Shown: in pieces, positions 39,422 to 52,491 of the stretch
Layout: the number at the start of each line of letters is the position of its first letter
Position numbering within the stretch: position 1 is the stretch's first letter
From: the human T2T-CHM13v2.0 reference genome, Homo sapiens
Assembly (NCBI RefSeq): GCF_009914755.1
Contig: NC_060929.1
Strand: one strand, 5' to 3'
Length of the DNA stretch: 64,000 nt
The notes under the pieces: model-generated
What the model saw: only the letters and a program-made list of their open reading frames with translations
The model's database searches: none
Told to the model about the DNA's origin: nothing
Made by a program: the position numbers and the translations under genes

Positions 39422-39704
39422 GGCCAGGAGCGGTGGCTCACGCCTGTAATCCCAGCGCTTTGGGAGGCAGAGGCAGGTGGATCACCTGAGGTCGGGATTT
39501 CGAGACCAGGCTGACTAACATCGTGAAACACTGTCTTTACTAAAAATACCAGATTAGCTGGGCCTGGTGGCGCATGCCTGTAATTCGAGAGGCTGAGGCA
39601 GGAGAATCGCTCGAACCCGGGAGGTGGAGGTTGCGGTGAGCAGAGGTCACCGCCATTGCCATTGCAGTCCAGCTTGGGCAACAAGAGCGAAACTCCGTTT
39701 AACC

Positions 39705-39733
<29 letters not shown>
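39422..39733 (+). mobile_element. AluS (Sp-like)
   Basis: GTCGGG, GGTTGCGGTGAG and AACAAGAGCGAAAC diagnostics. Small deletion after TGTAAT, GCCATT duplication, long A tail. Confidence 0.92.
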
Positions 39734-39735
<2 letters not shown>

Positions 39736-39914
39736 AATGCTAATAGTCTGAGGGCCTAGGCTATCTAACTTGCAAGATCTATCTGAGGAGACTTACTGAA
39801 CACTGTTAAAATTAAAATAACAGAGAGAGATCAAGTATAAAAATGACAGTGTGATATCTTTCAAAATAAATTCACCTAGGCTAAAATGAAAATATGCCAT
39901 AATTACTACTCAAT

Positions 39915-40270
39915 TCCATTATTTATTCAAAAATATATTATCAATTACCCTACTATGTGCTACATGTTCTAGAAACTGGGGGGTCATAATAATGAATGTA
40001 CTGTGGACAGTCCACATAAAGAGACTGTCATAAAATGTTATCATGTAAGTAATTATTTAATTATAATTTCAATAAGTATTACAAAGGAAGATTGTGCAAT
40101 GAAAGCATAAAACAGGTGCAAAAATTAATTTTAGACGTTTAAGAAAACTGGAAAAAGTGATGCTTATGCTAAACTTGAAGGAGAAGTAGGAGAATCCAGG
40201 GGAGAAGGAAGAAGAGGCCTGATTATTCTGAGGTAAAAAGATATTTTTGACATTAAAGGAATGGAAAGAT
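39915..40270 (-). mobile_element. L2 3' fragment
   Basis: ATTTATTCAAAATATATTATCAATTACCCTACTATGTGC..TGTTCTAGAAACTGGGG. Confidence 0.65.
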
Positions 40271-40402
40271 GCTTAAAGGGGCCTTAAAAAAAATCTAAAG
40301 AGAGCTCCATAGCTAGACCTAAATACAGTGTAAAATAGAAATAGAGTATTCTTAATGTAAAAATAAAACATTTTTGGAGCATACAAAAGCCTCACATCTG
40401 CA

Positions 40403-40440
40403 GTGTGTGCGTGTGTGCGTGTGTGTGTGTGTGTGTGTGC
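40403..40440. repeat. (TG)n microsatellite
   Basis: GTGTGTGCGTGTGTGCGTGTGT... read directly. Confidence 0.95.
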
Positions 40441-41403
40441 ATGTCTACAATGTTACATCCATAACTAAGAAAGATTCTAGCATGAAAGCCACTTAACTTT
40501 AATATGCTGTGTCCTCTTGGTGAAGAACTGCCACTTCACATCAGTCTTTTAACTAATTTTGTGTTTAAAAGGAACAGTTTTAAGGGAGTTATTTATTTGG
40601 GTCAGAGTTTCTCTACTTTAGATGTAGTTTTAATTTTTAAAGTACTCTATTATATAGCTTATTTGTTAAAAATTTATATTAAGGTTAAGAGATTCCAATA
40701 ACATTGACTGATTAGTTTTTATTGCAGTTCATTATTTATACAATTTATTCTATTTTTATATAGAATATCTTCAGATGAGTAACAAAAATGACTGTTAAAT
40801 TGTCAGACATCAGTAACAAATTAAAAGTTCTTCCTCAACTTTTATGTGTTGGTAGAAGAATCTCTCTGGTATTGCCATTTTGAGTCACTGTAGTCTATGC
40901 TTGTTGGATATGAGTGGATTTAAAATACAGCTTTACGTTTTGAATTAGGAGTGCTGAATACTACCTTATTGTTAACAATATGCCTTTTAAATACTTTGCA
41001 TGTAAGAGGGCAATTTTCAAGAACAGATTAGAATCTAGGATAGTATTTTCTGTCATTATGTCTTTCCTAACATTTTATGTGCTATGTAAAAAATGTCTTG
41101 TAATTAAATACATTTGAAAAAACTTACATTAAACGGCTTTGTTTCTCTTTAATTGTAGATGTTCTCAGAATCTTTAATACGGGAATGTGTATGGTCAGTA
41201 TAGAATGCAGCCTACCTCGGATTTCAGAAACTGATCTGCACAGAACAGCCATGCAATGCCATTTTGGATAATGCTCATCTGTAAAAATATATATAGACTT
41301 TTCCAGAAGATTGAGGGAGAGGTGATATATTAAGAAAAAGAGATGAATGAAATTATGAAAACCCAGAAAGAATGACTTCAGGTTTTTTATAAAAGCAGAG
41401 CAC

Positions 41404-41920
41404 TGAAGGAGTTAAAATGATGCCACCGCAAAATATGCTACCATTCTGGCATATTGACTATTTTGAGTTAAGAGTACTTGAAAAACAGCAGGTGCAACAA
41501 GATCACTTTGAGATTCCTTCTCTTTCTTAACAACAGGTGATGACAGTCCCACATGAAAGATGTCCTCCCTGTACCAGAAGGAAGGCAATATTATTATGAC
41601 CAAGGACAGGAACTTGAAACCCAGAGAATTCTGTACAGACCTTGTTAGAACAATATGTATCTTCTTTTAGCCTTCCCAGATAATTTAGTTACTTTTTCAC
41701 AACTTCCTACTATTTGTCAAATTCAATATGTAAGTATTCAACTCTAATTGCATCTTTGGGCCTTTATTTCCTTATGAAGGCTCCTGTGCCATATGAAACT
41801 TGTATTAACTAAATTTTCATGCTTTTCTCCTGTTGATCTGTCTTATGTCAATTTAATTTCAGGTCTAGGAAAAAAATAACAAACTTAAAAGAGTAAAAGT
41901 AAAATTTTACCTCCCCTACA
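41404..41920 (+). mobile_element. ERV1 solo LTR (MER34/MER39 group)
   Basis: TGAAGGAGTTAA..GCCACCGCAAAATATGC..GGCATATTGACTATTTTGAG...CCTCCCCTACA, with perfect 4-bp TSD GCAC. Confidence 0.85.
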
Positions 41921-42806
41921 GCACCCAATAATCATGAAATATGGATAATGCAATGAAAAGCCAAAAAATATATAAATAAAAAGGAAAATGTAGTGTTGGA
42001 CCTAAACTAACTGATGATCTTTCTAAAATTTGGGCTGGCATATATTTCTTTATATAGAGAAGTCTGTCCCTCACCATGTGAATATCACCTCTCCTACTCT
42101 TCCAATCTACTGTGATTAGAAAGGAAAGCAATGCAACATAATTTTAATGGCTTTCACATTGCCTGAGTTTGGTTTGACTTCAGGCATGTATATTTAATGC
42201 CCATATGTTTTGTTGCTAAATCTCTATGCAGCCCTAGTATTAAAATGCATTATGCATGAAAAGTTCAAATGAAAGAAAAATAAGACAGAGGGATCTGGAT
42301 AGAGAGTATCCAAGGTTCTTTTGAGAGTAAACTCAAAATACATTATAAGAAAAAGCATAACCTCTGTGATTTTAATATAAAACTAGCAATGTCTTCAAGA
42401 AGGGCAATGCCTTTGTTCCTGAAGTCCTGCTTTTGTATTGCATAACTGTAAGATGAAATTTGATCTCACAACTGCAAATAAAGTTTTGATTTGAAAGTTT
42501 ACTTATTTTAACATAAAGACTTCAAAATAACCAGTGAATTGTTCAGAATTTCAAGTAAGCTGCATGCTTTTCTGGGTGAATAGTATTTTAAAATTCTCAG
42601 TGTTATATCTTCTGTGAAAGTCATTCAAAATTACAAATTTCAAGTAGACTATAAACTAGATTGCAATTCTTTTAGAATACAAAATAATAGTTTTAAAGTT
42701 TTTACTAGCTAGCTATAGTGGTAATATAATAAATATAAATTATATAAAACTTCTTTGTTTAATAAACAAGTCTCTTCTACTGAGAAGTGAATTTAAGGTT
42801 GCTGTG

Positions 42807-43576
42807 TATGTGGCCAACAAACATGTGAGAAAGAGCTCACCATTACTGGTCATTAGAGAAATGCAAATCAAAACTACAGTGAGATACCATCTCACACCAA
42901 TTAGAATGATGATTATTAAAAAGTCAGGAAACAACAGATTCTGGAGAGGATATAGAGAAATAGGAACGCTTTTACACTGTTGGTGGGAGTGTAAATTAGT
43001 TCAACCATTGTAGAAGACAGTGTGGTGCTTCCTCAAGGATCTAGAACCAGACATACCATTTGACCCAGCAATCCCATTACTGGGTATATACCCAAAGAAT
43101 TATAAATGATTCTACTATAAAGACACATGCAGCACTATTTACAATCGCAAAGACTTGGAACCAACCCAAATGCCTATCAATGATAGACTGGATAAAGAAA
43201 ATATGGCACAAATACACCATGGAATACTATGCAGCCATAGAAAGGATGAGTTCATGTCCTTTGCAGAGACATAGATGAAGCTGGAAACCATCATTCTCAG
43301 CAAACTAACTCAGGAACAGGAAACCAAACACTGCATGTTCTCACTTATAATGGGAGTTGAACAATGAGAATACATGGACACGAGGAGGGGAACATCACAC
43401 ACTGGGGCCTGTAGGCAGTAGGGGGAAAGGGGAGGGATAATATTAGGACAAATACCTAATGCATGTGGGGATTAGGGGTTGATGGGTGCAGCAAACCACC
43501 ATGGCACATGTATACTTATGTAACAAACCTGCACGTTCTGCACATGTCGTCCAGAACTTAAAGTATAATAAAAAAG
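42807..43576 (+). mobile_element. 5'-truncated L1PA (PA8-like)
   Basis: ORF2 end plus 3'UTR. TSD AAGGTTGCTGTGTA (42795-42808) / AAGATTGTTGTGTA (43577-43590). Confidence 0.93.
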
Positions 43577-44176
43577 AAGATTGTTGTGTAAATCCATTCA
43601 GTGCTCACTGTCTTTAATTGCTTTTATATAATTCAGTATAAAAATAGAATTTATATCTTATATTTAACTATTTTATAGTTTTGAGAAATTGTCCCTAGAA
43701 TACAAGAAGAAAAAAGAACTTACTGTAAAACAGCATCTTTTCACTTACCATCCTAAATATAACAGTTCAAAGTATCAGCTATTTTTAAACATTTGCATCA
43801 GTTACTTTTAAAAGTTGAACCATTCAATTCTTGCATAATAAAACAATATTGAAGTATAATAATGATTCCCATTTAAGTCTTCCTCTTAATCAACTTAGGA
43901 AGAATAACTCTGAAGGCTCATTGTTCTTTTCTCATCTTATTGTAATTCCTCTCTCAATCTCTTTTAGGCATTCAGTGTCCTCCTCTTCCCCTCCTGCTTG
44001 GACCCTACTATCATGAATGTATCCATAACTTGTTATTCATGCAAAAGTATAAATAAAGTTTAACAACCCATAATTTTACAGAGCATTAAATCATTAGAGT
44101 AGATTTATTTTGGAGACATTGTAGGCATCAGCCAGGAAAGTTTATGCGTATATTGGTAACTTATCTCTAAAATGTT

Positions 44177-44205
44177 ATATATATATATATATATATATAT
44201 TATAT
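44177..44205. repeat. (TA)n microsatellite
   Basis: Read directly. Confidence 0.9.
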
Positions 44206-45744
44206 TTTTATAGAATTCTAGCAATCTTTAGAGCCAGGATTCCTGATTTTCCTGAGGGTAAGAAACACGTTAGTTCTTTTATAGCCATTCCTATGGCTCT
44301 AAAGATTTGACATCCACTTCTAACTGATTATAATGATTTCTGAAACTTGGAAAGTCATTTCCAGTATCTAATAAGGTCTTTCTCTCTTAAGGCCCTACAG
44401 ACTTAAGACTCTCCAGTTCCTATGGCCCTTCCACAAGTGTAGGCTGAATTCTCCAGTATGGTTTCATTATAATAGAAAATTATAATAATAAAGTTTACCA
44501 GTGAGAATATTCTATGCTATGAAAACCTATTGTATTTGTTTTTATTCATATATAAACCATGTATGTATTTTTTTTCTGTAGATATAAGAAAAGCAAATTA
44601 GCCTTTGGTCAATGTACTTGGAGGTGTTCTTTCCCTGGGTTCACAGTTCCCTGGCTAGAGCACAGTGGAGAAAACTCAATAGTGGGAAGGATTAGAACTG
44701 GAAATATATGAAGCCTGGAAGGAAAGCTAGTTCCTTACACATTTCTCATCCTGTCACTCATTAGCTAACTCAAATCATTTTAGCAAGTTTTTCCTTTCCT
44801 CCCTGACAGCTCAACCTACTTTCCTGCCTTGAGAAACCTTACCTTAGAATTATAAGCATGAAGCATAGAAAATGAGAACAAGAGGAAGGTGGGAAGTGGC
44901 CTCATTTGAAGAGAGGATGAACGGAGAAAAAAGAAAAGAGCTAAATGCTACTTTTCCTAAATACTTTTATTCTTCCTTTTTTTTTTTCTTCCCAGGGCTC
45001 CTATTCACCAAGAAACTCTTCATTCTTGATCAATGATGATATGGGCAGTTTAATGCTGACAACATTGATCATTAGGAATAATTTGAGTCTTCCTGCTGTC
45101 TGTAGTTTGATGTTTATTTTTACCTAAGGACTAGATATATTCTTAATCATTTCCTCTTTTGAAATACTGTGAAGAAAGCAAAAGAAACTAAAATATTGAT
45201 TCAAACAGAATTTAATCTTCTGAGTTCTTCCAAGGCAGTACCTGGCTCATTAGAATCTATTTTATACAGACTCTGAGATGGCAGACTAAACATGTTAGAA
45301 GAGGTAGGTAGGCATTTAAAAGCTAAATGATCCAATTGTAATTGGTTTGTCCCAGATAGCTGGAGGCCTTGGGAGCAAAAGTATACTATTCTAGTGGCAC
45401 TTGTTTGTTTTAGGAGATCAAACACCAGGAACAAAATTGGCAGGGAAACATCAAATAAAAGTTCTAGAAACAGCATTTCAAGTCAATTGGGTAAAAAGAG
45501 CAAATGAAGAAATGATATCATAATGACTTAATCACCAGTGGCTTGTGGGCTCAGCATATTAATTAAAACATAATTTGAACCTTAGGAAAATCAAACATTT
45601 ATAGAAAGAGTGAAAAATCATAAGTCTCATTTATTCCCTTTGTTCTGCATGAGAATATAGGTTAGCAGGGTCAAGCCCAGGTTATACCTGTCAGCTGAAA
45701 AAATACCTATTTTTCTGTTAGAAAGATGAAGGTGGAAAATTTTA

Positions 45745-45915
<171 letters not shown>

Positions 45916-45966
45916 TTAGATTATAAGGTAAACAGAAGAGAAGACCAAAGATAAAACACAGCTGTC

Positions 45967-46283
45967 TTATTTTTTAATCAGGTTATATTTTTTCCTGCTA
46001 TTGAGTTGCTTGAGTTATTTATATACTTTGGTATTAACCCCTTATGAGATGTAAAATAGTTCCTCATATTCTGTAGGTTATCTCTTTGCTTTGCTGATTT
46101 ACTTTTGCTGTGCAGTTAGTTTGTTGTAATCCCATTTGTCTATTTTTGCTTTTGTTGCCCGTGCTTTTGGAATCATATCCAAAAAATCATTGCCCAGACC
46201 ATTGTCATGGAGGATTTTCTCTGTTTTCTTCTAATTGGTTCGTAGTTTCCAGTCTTAATCAATTAAAATCTTTAATCAGTTTT
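45967..46283 (-). mobile_element. L1MA, inverted 5' segment
   Basis: Antisense ORF2 text TTTTTTAATCAGG..TATTAACCCCTTATGAGATG..TCTTTAATCAGTTTTGA. Confidence 0.85.
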
Positions 46284-47278
46284 GACACCTCTCAAAAGAA
46301 GACATATAAAAGACCGATAGGTATATTAAAAATGCTAATCATCAGGGAAATGCAAATTAAAACCACAATGAGATATCCCTTCATGCCTGTTAGAATGGTT
46401 ATGAAAAAGAGGAAAGATGACAAATAGTGGCGAGAATGTGAAGAAAAGGGAACAAACCCTTGCGTACTGTTGTGGGAAAGTAAATTAGTATAGTCATTAG
46501 AAAAACTATGTGGAGGTTCCTCAAAACATAAAAATAAGACTACAACATAATTCAGCAATCCCATTACTGGGTATATATCCAAGGGAAATAAAATGAATAT
46601 GTCAAAAGATACCTGTATTCCTGTATTTATTTCGGCATTATTCATAATAGCCAAGATATGGAATCAACTTAAGTACCCATTAACAAATGAATAGATAAGC
46701 AAAATGTGTATATATATATATAAAAATATATAGACACATACACACACATATATATCACATTGTATACACTTTGTATACAAAAATATTATTTTGCCATAAA
46801 ATGAGGAAATCCTGTCATTTGCATTAACACAGATAAATCTGGAGAATATTAATGTGAACTGAAGTAAGCCAAGCACAGAAAGACAAATAACTCATGATCT
46901 CACTCATATGTGGAGTCTTAAAAAGTTGATCTCCTAGAAGTAGAGAGTAGATTGGTGGTTACCACAGGCTAGGATAATTGAGAGGGGTGTTGGGGAGTTG
47001 TTGGTCAAAAGATACAGAATTTTTGTTAGACAGAAAGAATAAGTTCAGAAAACTATTGTACAGCATGGTGACTATAGTTAATAATATACAGTATTCTTGA
47101 AAAATGCTGAGGGTGTATGTTAAGTGTTATTTTTTAAAAACTATAACTATATGAGTTAATACATATGTTAATTAGTTAGATTTAGTCACTCCACAAGCTG
47201 TCTATATTTCAAAACATTATGTTGTATGCAATAAATATAGTTTTATCTGTGGATTACAAAATAGTCAGTTAAAAAATA
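46283..47278 (+). mobile_element. L1MA (MA4-6-like) 3' segment
   Basis: CTCAAAAGAAGACATA..GAAATGCAAATTAAAACCACAATGAG, then 3'UTR TATTGTACAGCATGGTGACTATAGTTAATAAT. Confidence 0.9.
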
Positions 47279-47489
47279 CAAAGTTCTTCTCTCTTATTTT
47301 CTAGTATTAATTTCTCTTGCTATCTTAGGTTTAAGGTTGGAGAATCTAAGTGCCACTTCCTTGGGGGGAAGTAAACTAAACTTGATGTTCTAACTCTAAG
47401 TTAATCACTAAATTTTTGTTACTTGGTGGAAAATAAAACACTTATCCCAAACCTATTTTCATTTATTTGTACAGTGAGTACAATCAAGG

Positions 47490-47680
47490 TATACTGAGTT
47501 CAATATATTATTGACTTTTATTAGTTGTATGACTTCAGGCAAGAGATGACATCTCTTTGAGCCTTTTTCCTTACATACAAAACAAGAATGATAATACCTT
47601 CCTCTTAAGTTCCATGAGAAGGATATAAAAATGATTTAAGACAGCATATGAAAAGAATTTGGATCTAGATCCTCAGTAAA
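47490..47680 (+). mobile_element. MIR
   Basis: CTGAGTTCAA..TTAGTTGTATGACTTCAGGCAAG..CTCTTTGAGCCT. Confidence 0.65.
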
Positions 47681-48759
47681 CTTCACTCCTGAGAAAGCTT
47701 ATTTAATTTTAAGGTGATAAACTAATTTTAAATACATTAAAAAAGAATAATTATCTGAAAAAAACACAATATTCCACTAGCAACAATGGAGCAAAGAAAC
47801 TAATTGAAATGACTGCTATTATTCATAATACATCTAAGAAAAACTTATTTGAAAAACTCAATGCATAACTGAAAAAGTATTGAATTTTTGAATCTTCTAA
47901 TAAGTTCATGGCCATTTGCAAATAATTTTAAATATTACAAATGCTTTTCAAGGGAACTGGTGAGTAAAAACCCATTCATTTTATCAGACTAGGACACTTC
48001 TATACAGAGCTTGGTAATTTCCATCAGAAATTACCAGAAAACCTATAAGTAAATAAAAGCCTGTGACTTTTTGGATCAGGAAATATCAGGTGGTAAAAGG
48101 TTAAAGTCATAAGAATAATACTTTTCACGTAATTCTGACTGTTCTGAAGAGGTAGTGGCCTGTTTCATGCTACTGGACATTAATGGTAGTAAAAATTAAT
48201 TAAAAAACCATGCAGAATGTGCTACTAATTCATAAACAGATATGCCTTCGGCTTATAAATATAAATACAAACCTTTGTATGACACACTTTCTGTGTTAAG
48301 CTACTTGAGACCAAAGCTGCCTTATAAACCACCCAGAAAGATAAGTCTGTTGTGAAATTGTTGGATAGCAGATGTTTCACATTGTTGACCAGGGGAGTGG
48401 GAGGACAATTTACAAGAACCCCATTTAGTCTCAGCAGCTCTCTTCCTTATACTGTTCTCAGACAACCATATATTGATTTGCAAAATGTAGAGCTGTTTCA
48501 GAGGTAAACAACTGTGCAGTCAAATGGTAGTTAATTTGGTTTAGGATTTTTGGAATATAAATGATCTTTGTAAACCCTTCAGTTCTTTGTTTGCTAATCT
48601 ATTTTCATTGTATATGCTTATTCACATTAAAGACATTATTTTGAAGTATCAGTTTGTAAGTAATTTCTTCTTGCCACATTGGATGTGAAGAGAGGGAGAA
48701 ATAAGCTTGACACCCCTACTTGTAATACTGGTAGCAGAAACATCTGACACATACAGTAA

Positions 48760-48942
48760 GACTGTGTACTTCTCAGGCTACAGCAACAGTATCAGCTGGG
48801 GATTTGTTAGAGATGGGAATTCTCAGTCTCCAGTCAGAGTTAATGAGGAACTCTGAAGGTGGGGACTGACAAATTGTTCCCTATCTAGCCCTCCAGGTGA
48901 TTTTAATGCATGATAGCTACAGTTTGCCAGCAATTGTTCTAA
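48760..48942. mobile_element. MER5A hAT MITE
   Basis: CAGTATCAGCTGGGGATTTGTTAGAGATG..AATTCTCAG..GAACTCTGAAGGTGGGG..AGCCCTCCAGGTGATTTTAATGCA. Confidence 0.8.
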
Positions 48943-49849
48943 GGATAGGAATTCCATTACAATAAAAACTGTGAAAATAGGATTAAATGAAAAATGTTTG
49001 AAATACTGTGAAAGAAATAAAAGAGGATATTGACTGAATCACAGAAAATTATAATTAATATGAAGTTCAGCTCTTATTTATGTGTGTTGCAGAGGCTAAA
49101 AGCCAATTAAAATCTCAATGTTATTTCTTTTCTATATTCATTCACTGGCTGTTCATGAAATGCACATAATTTTATACAATCCCAACACACTCATACACAC
49201 ACACATGCACAACCTACGTGTGTGTTTGTGTGTATGAGTGTGAGAATGCATAGAGAATTCAAATATATAGGAGTTACTTTTGACTCTGCATTGTTCTGGA
49301 CTAGCTGTGAAATTCTTGTCTTGATTATTTAAAAAAATACATGTCAAATATTCTTTCATAGACATCTGAAATATGTTAATGAAGAGGAGAAAGAGGCAGT
49401 TGTGAAAGATATGACAAGTATGATTTGAGTTTTCTTTTTTTATCTTTTATACAAAGAGATATTTTAGTTAGCCTTGGAAATATTTTAGCCAGTAAATTAG
49501 AAAAAAATTAAAATATTGAGATAGGTCTTTTTTTTAAAAAAAAAAAACTTAAGAAAACAGCACACACTTAATTTTACAGTCAGGTTACACAATTCTAACT
49601 TGATGGGAGGTTAGGTGGTATTGGGAAATCATATTGCACATAATTTAATTTTTCATAAATGTATGTTTGCAGATAATTGGCTTCTATAACAATGTCTTGC
49701 ATAAAATAAGGTTTATGTAAACAAGCTTGATTTCAATTCAAAATACCCTTTGAAACAGAATATTAGTTTTACATCATTTATTATTAGGTTTTCTTACTTT
49801 TAACGGAAATGAGAGAGGATTGAGTAAAGTTGAAATCAGGTTTTGTTAA

Positions 49850-50600
49850 ATTCTTTATTTTGAAATAATTTTAAAATTTAGACACTAGTTGCAAAGATAG
49901 TACAGAGAGTTTCAATATAACCCTTCACTGTGTTTCCCTTAATATTAGTAGCTTACATAATTATGCTATATTCATCAAAATTAAGAAATTAACATTGGTA
50001 TAATGCTACTAATTAAACCACAGACTTAATTTAAATTTCGTTTTCCTGCTAATGTCCTTTTTGTGTTGTAAGATTCAATTCAGGACACCATGTTTCATTT
50101 AGTTGTCATAAAGTGCTTATTGTCCTCAGATCCATGGCAGTTTCTCAGTTTTTCCTTGTTTGTCATGATGTTGACACTTTTGAGGAGTAATGAGTGGATT
50201 ATTTTCTAGTAATCTCTCACTTCAGGTTTTTGTGATGTTTTCACATGGGTACATGATAAACATGAGTTTATTCTGATTTTTCTAATTCTGCGCCTCAGAG
50301 TCATTCCTCCCTCCATTCCACTCCCTTGCTTATTTGTAGCATCTTTCTCAGATAAGGAGAAACCAGACTCCAAATATCCAAAATTTGCTTTTTCAACCCT
50401 AGTATACAAGTAAATTAATTATAGAAACGCTATCCTTTATCCCTGTAAAAGAAAATTTACCTTCTAGACTATAGTGCTTATGAAAGTTCTTTTTGTTTCT
50501 AGCCTTACAGCACCAGTTAAACCATTGTTTGCTAAAGTTACTAGTCAGTGTCTCTTTGCCCACACCTTTTATATGTTATATATTATGTAGTTGTAAAATA
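49850..50600 (-). mobile_element. L1MC/MD-type 3'UTR
   Basis: TTTGAAATAATTTTAAAATTTAGAC..GTTGCAAAGATAGTACAGAGAG..CATTTAGTTGTCAT. Confidence 0.75.
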
Positions 50601-50689
50601 ATTAGCTGTTTTTAAGGAGTAAAATAGTGATTCAATTCTGTTATTTCCAGTTTTCCTTGCATTTCTGATTTGCAACGCTAGTTTTCATG

Positions 50690-51860
50690 TGCAAAGGTTC
50701 CAAGTATCAATGGATCTCTTTCTAGGCTGTCTACTTTGCATGTTGGTATATTTTGTTTATCATTTAAATGAAGATTCTTACAACTTTATAAACAGTTTGA
50801 TACCCGGTAGGACATATTTTCCTTTCTTCTCCTTATTTTAGTTACATGAGTTTGATAATTAGCTTTAAAATTTTTATGGCAAACCCAATTTAGAATTTGA
50901 TAGAATTTATTTTATGAATATTTTAATTTTTATTGGATAGTTTTCCCATCCATTAAGATAGTATATCCCTATATTTTAAATCTTCCTTGATGTCCTTCCA
51001 TAAAATTTTATACATTTTTCAATAAATACTTTCATAACTTTTGTTAATCTTATTCCATTACTCTCCAGTTTTTATTTCTATTATAATAAACTTAAAAACT
51101 TCTATTTCCTAAATGTTTCTAACTGGGTTATTAAAATGATTAATTTTTATACTACAAACTTTCATACACTTATGCAACAAAAGTCACTTACTAATTGTAA
51201 TAAGTAGTCAGTAGATTCACTTGGATTTTATATGAATACATCACACATTTAGCGAACAATGACATGTTTGTTTCTGACATTCTAATCCTTAAATCAATAT
51301 CCCTCTCAATATTCCTCTCTCTGTCTCTTTTTCTCTCTTTCTCTGAATTGTTGTATTACCTGTGTTTCCTAGTCCAACATAAATGACAGTTATAATGCAG
51401 GCATCCACATCTTGCTCCTGTTAAAAGATGTCGTCTAACTATTCACCATTGCATGTGATGTTATCTTTTTTGACAGATGTTCTTTATTGAGTTAAATGAA
51501 TTAAGCTGCTTCCTTTTACACTAAGACTTCATTTTTTAAAAATCATGAATTATTACATTTTTACCAAAATTGTTGTGTGCATTTATTAAGATGATCATTT
51601 GTCTTTTTATTGTTTTTGGCTCAATTTGATGAATTACACCAAAGGATTGCCTAAAGTTTAAAAATTCATTATATTGCTATGCTGTACTTTGTTCTTATTC
51701 CCTATAATCATTTTTCTACATTCTTGGATTTAGTTTGCTAAGAATTTATTTAGAACTTTGCATAAAAATTCATAGTAACATTTAAAATGTTCCTTTTGCT
51801 GTATATATCCTATTTTTACATCAATATAATACAGTTCTTATAAAATTACTTGAAGAACTA
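50690..51860 (-). mobile_element. Highly diverged L1 (L1ME-type) ORF2 remnant
   Basis: Antisense ORF2 motifs GTAGATTCACTTGGATTTT, GGCATCCACATCTTGCTCCTG, CTTGGATTTAGTTTGCTAAGAATTTATT. Confidence 0.65.
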
Positions 51861-52104
51861 TAGATTTCAAAGAGTAAAATGAGAAATTTTTAGTTTCGTA
51901 TTGTACTCTGAAATAGGGAAGACAGGCACAAAGAGAGAATGTAAAAGTTGTCAGAATTTAGATGCTGCCCCTGGAATTGGGGAGCATAGTAACAAAAAAT
52001 ACTTGTAAGTAAGAATGTTTTCACACACTTGAGTTTGTGATGAAGATCTTAACCTGATACACAGATAACTGGAGAAGTGTGTATGCAGGTCTGTATATGA
52101 GAGA

Positions 52105-52110
52105 GTGTGT

Positions 52111-52172
<62 letters not shown>
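52105..52172. repeat. Compound (TG)n(GA)n microsatellite
   Basis: Read directly. Confidence 0.95.
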
Positions 52173-52173
<1 letters not shown>

Positions 52174-52491
52174 GCTGATTTGGGAAGGCATGAAATAAAG
52201 ATGAGAAATTGTAGACATGTGGAAATGTAGGATGGAAAGATCAGGAGAGAAATAAAAATGAAAACTGAATTAATTATTATAGAAAGAGCTTATCAAGGGT
52301 TCATACTGGTGGAATTTTTAAAAATTATTCTTCCACCATTGAGTAAGACTCTCTCATAGAATAAATAAACATTATTTTTGTAAAGTATTTATTTTAAAAT
52401 TGCAGTAGTTGCCCTTTTAACAATATGGCAAAATTTATCATTAATCCTTTGAATTTGTACCTGGTCAAATCCCAGTGACTTCTTGCAACTA

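Noticed and set aside
41140-41200. Possible small exon after TTTCTCTTTAATTGTAG
   Set aside because: The donor (GTCAGT) is weak and there is no other support.
48012-48036. 10-bp hairpin TGGTAATTTC-CATCA-GAAATTACCA
   Set aside because: Real but short and isolated, with no supporting context.
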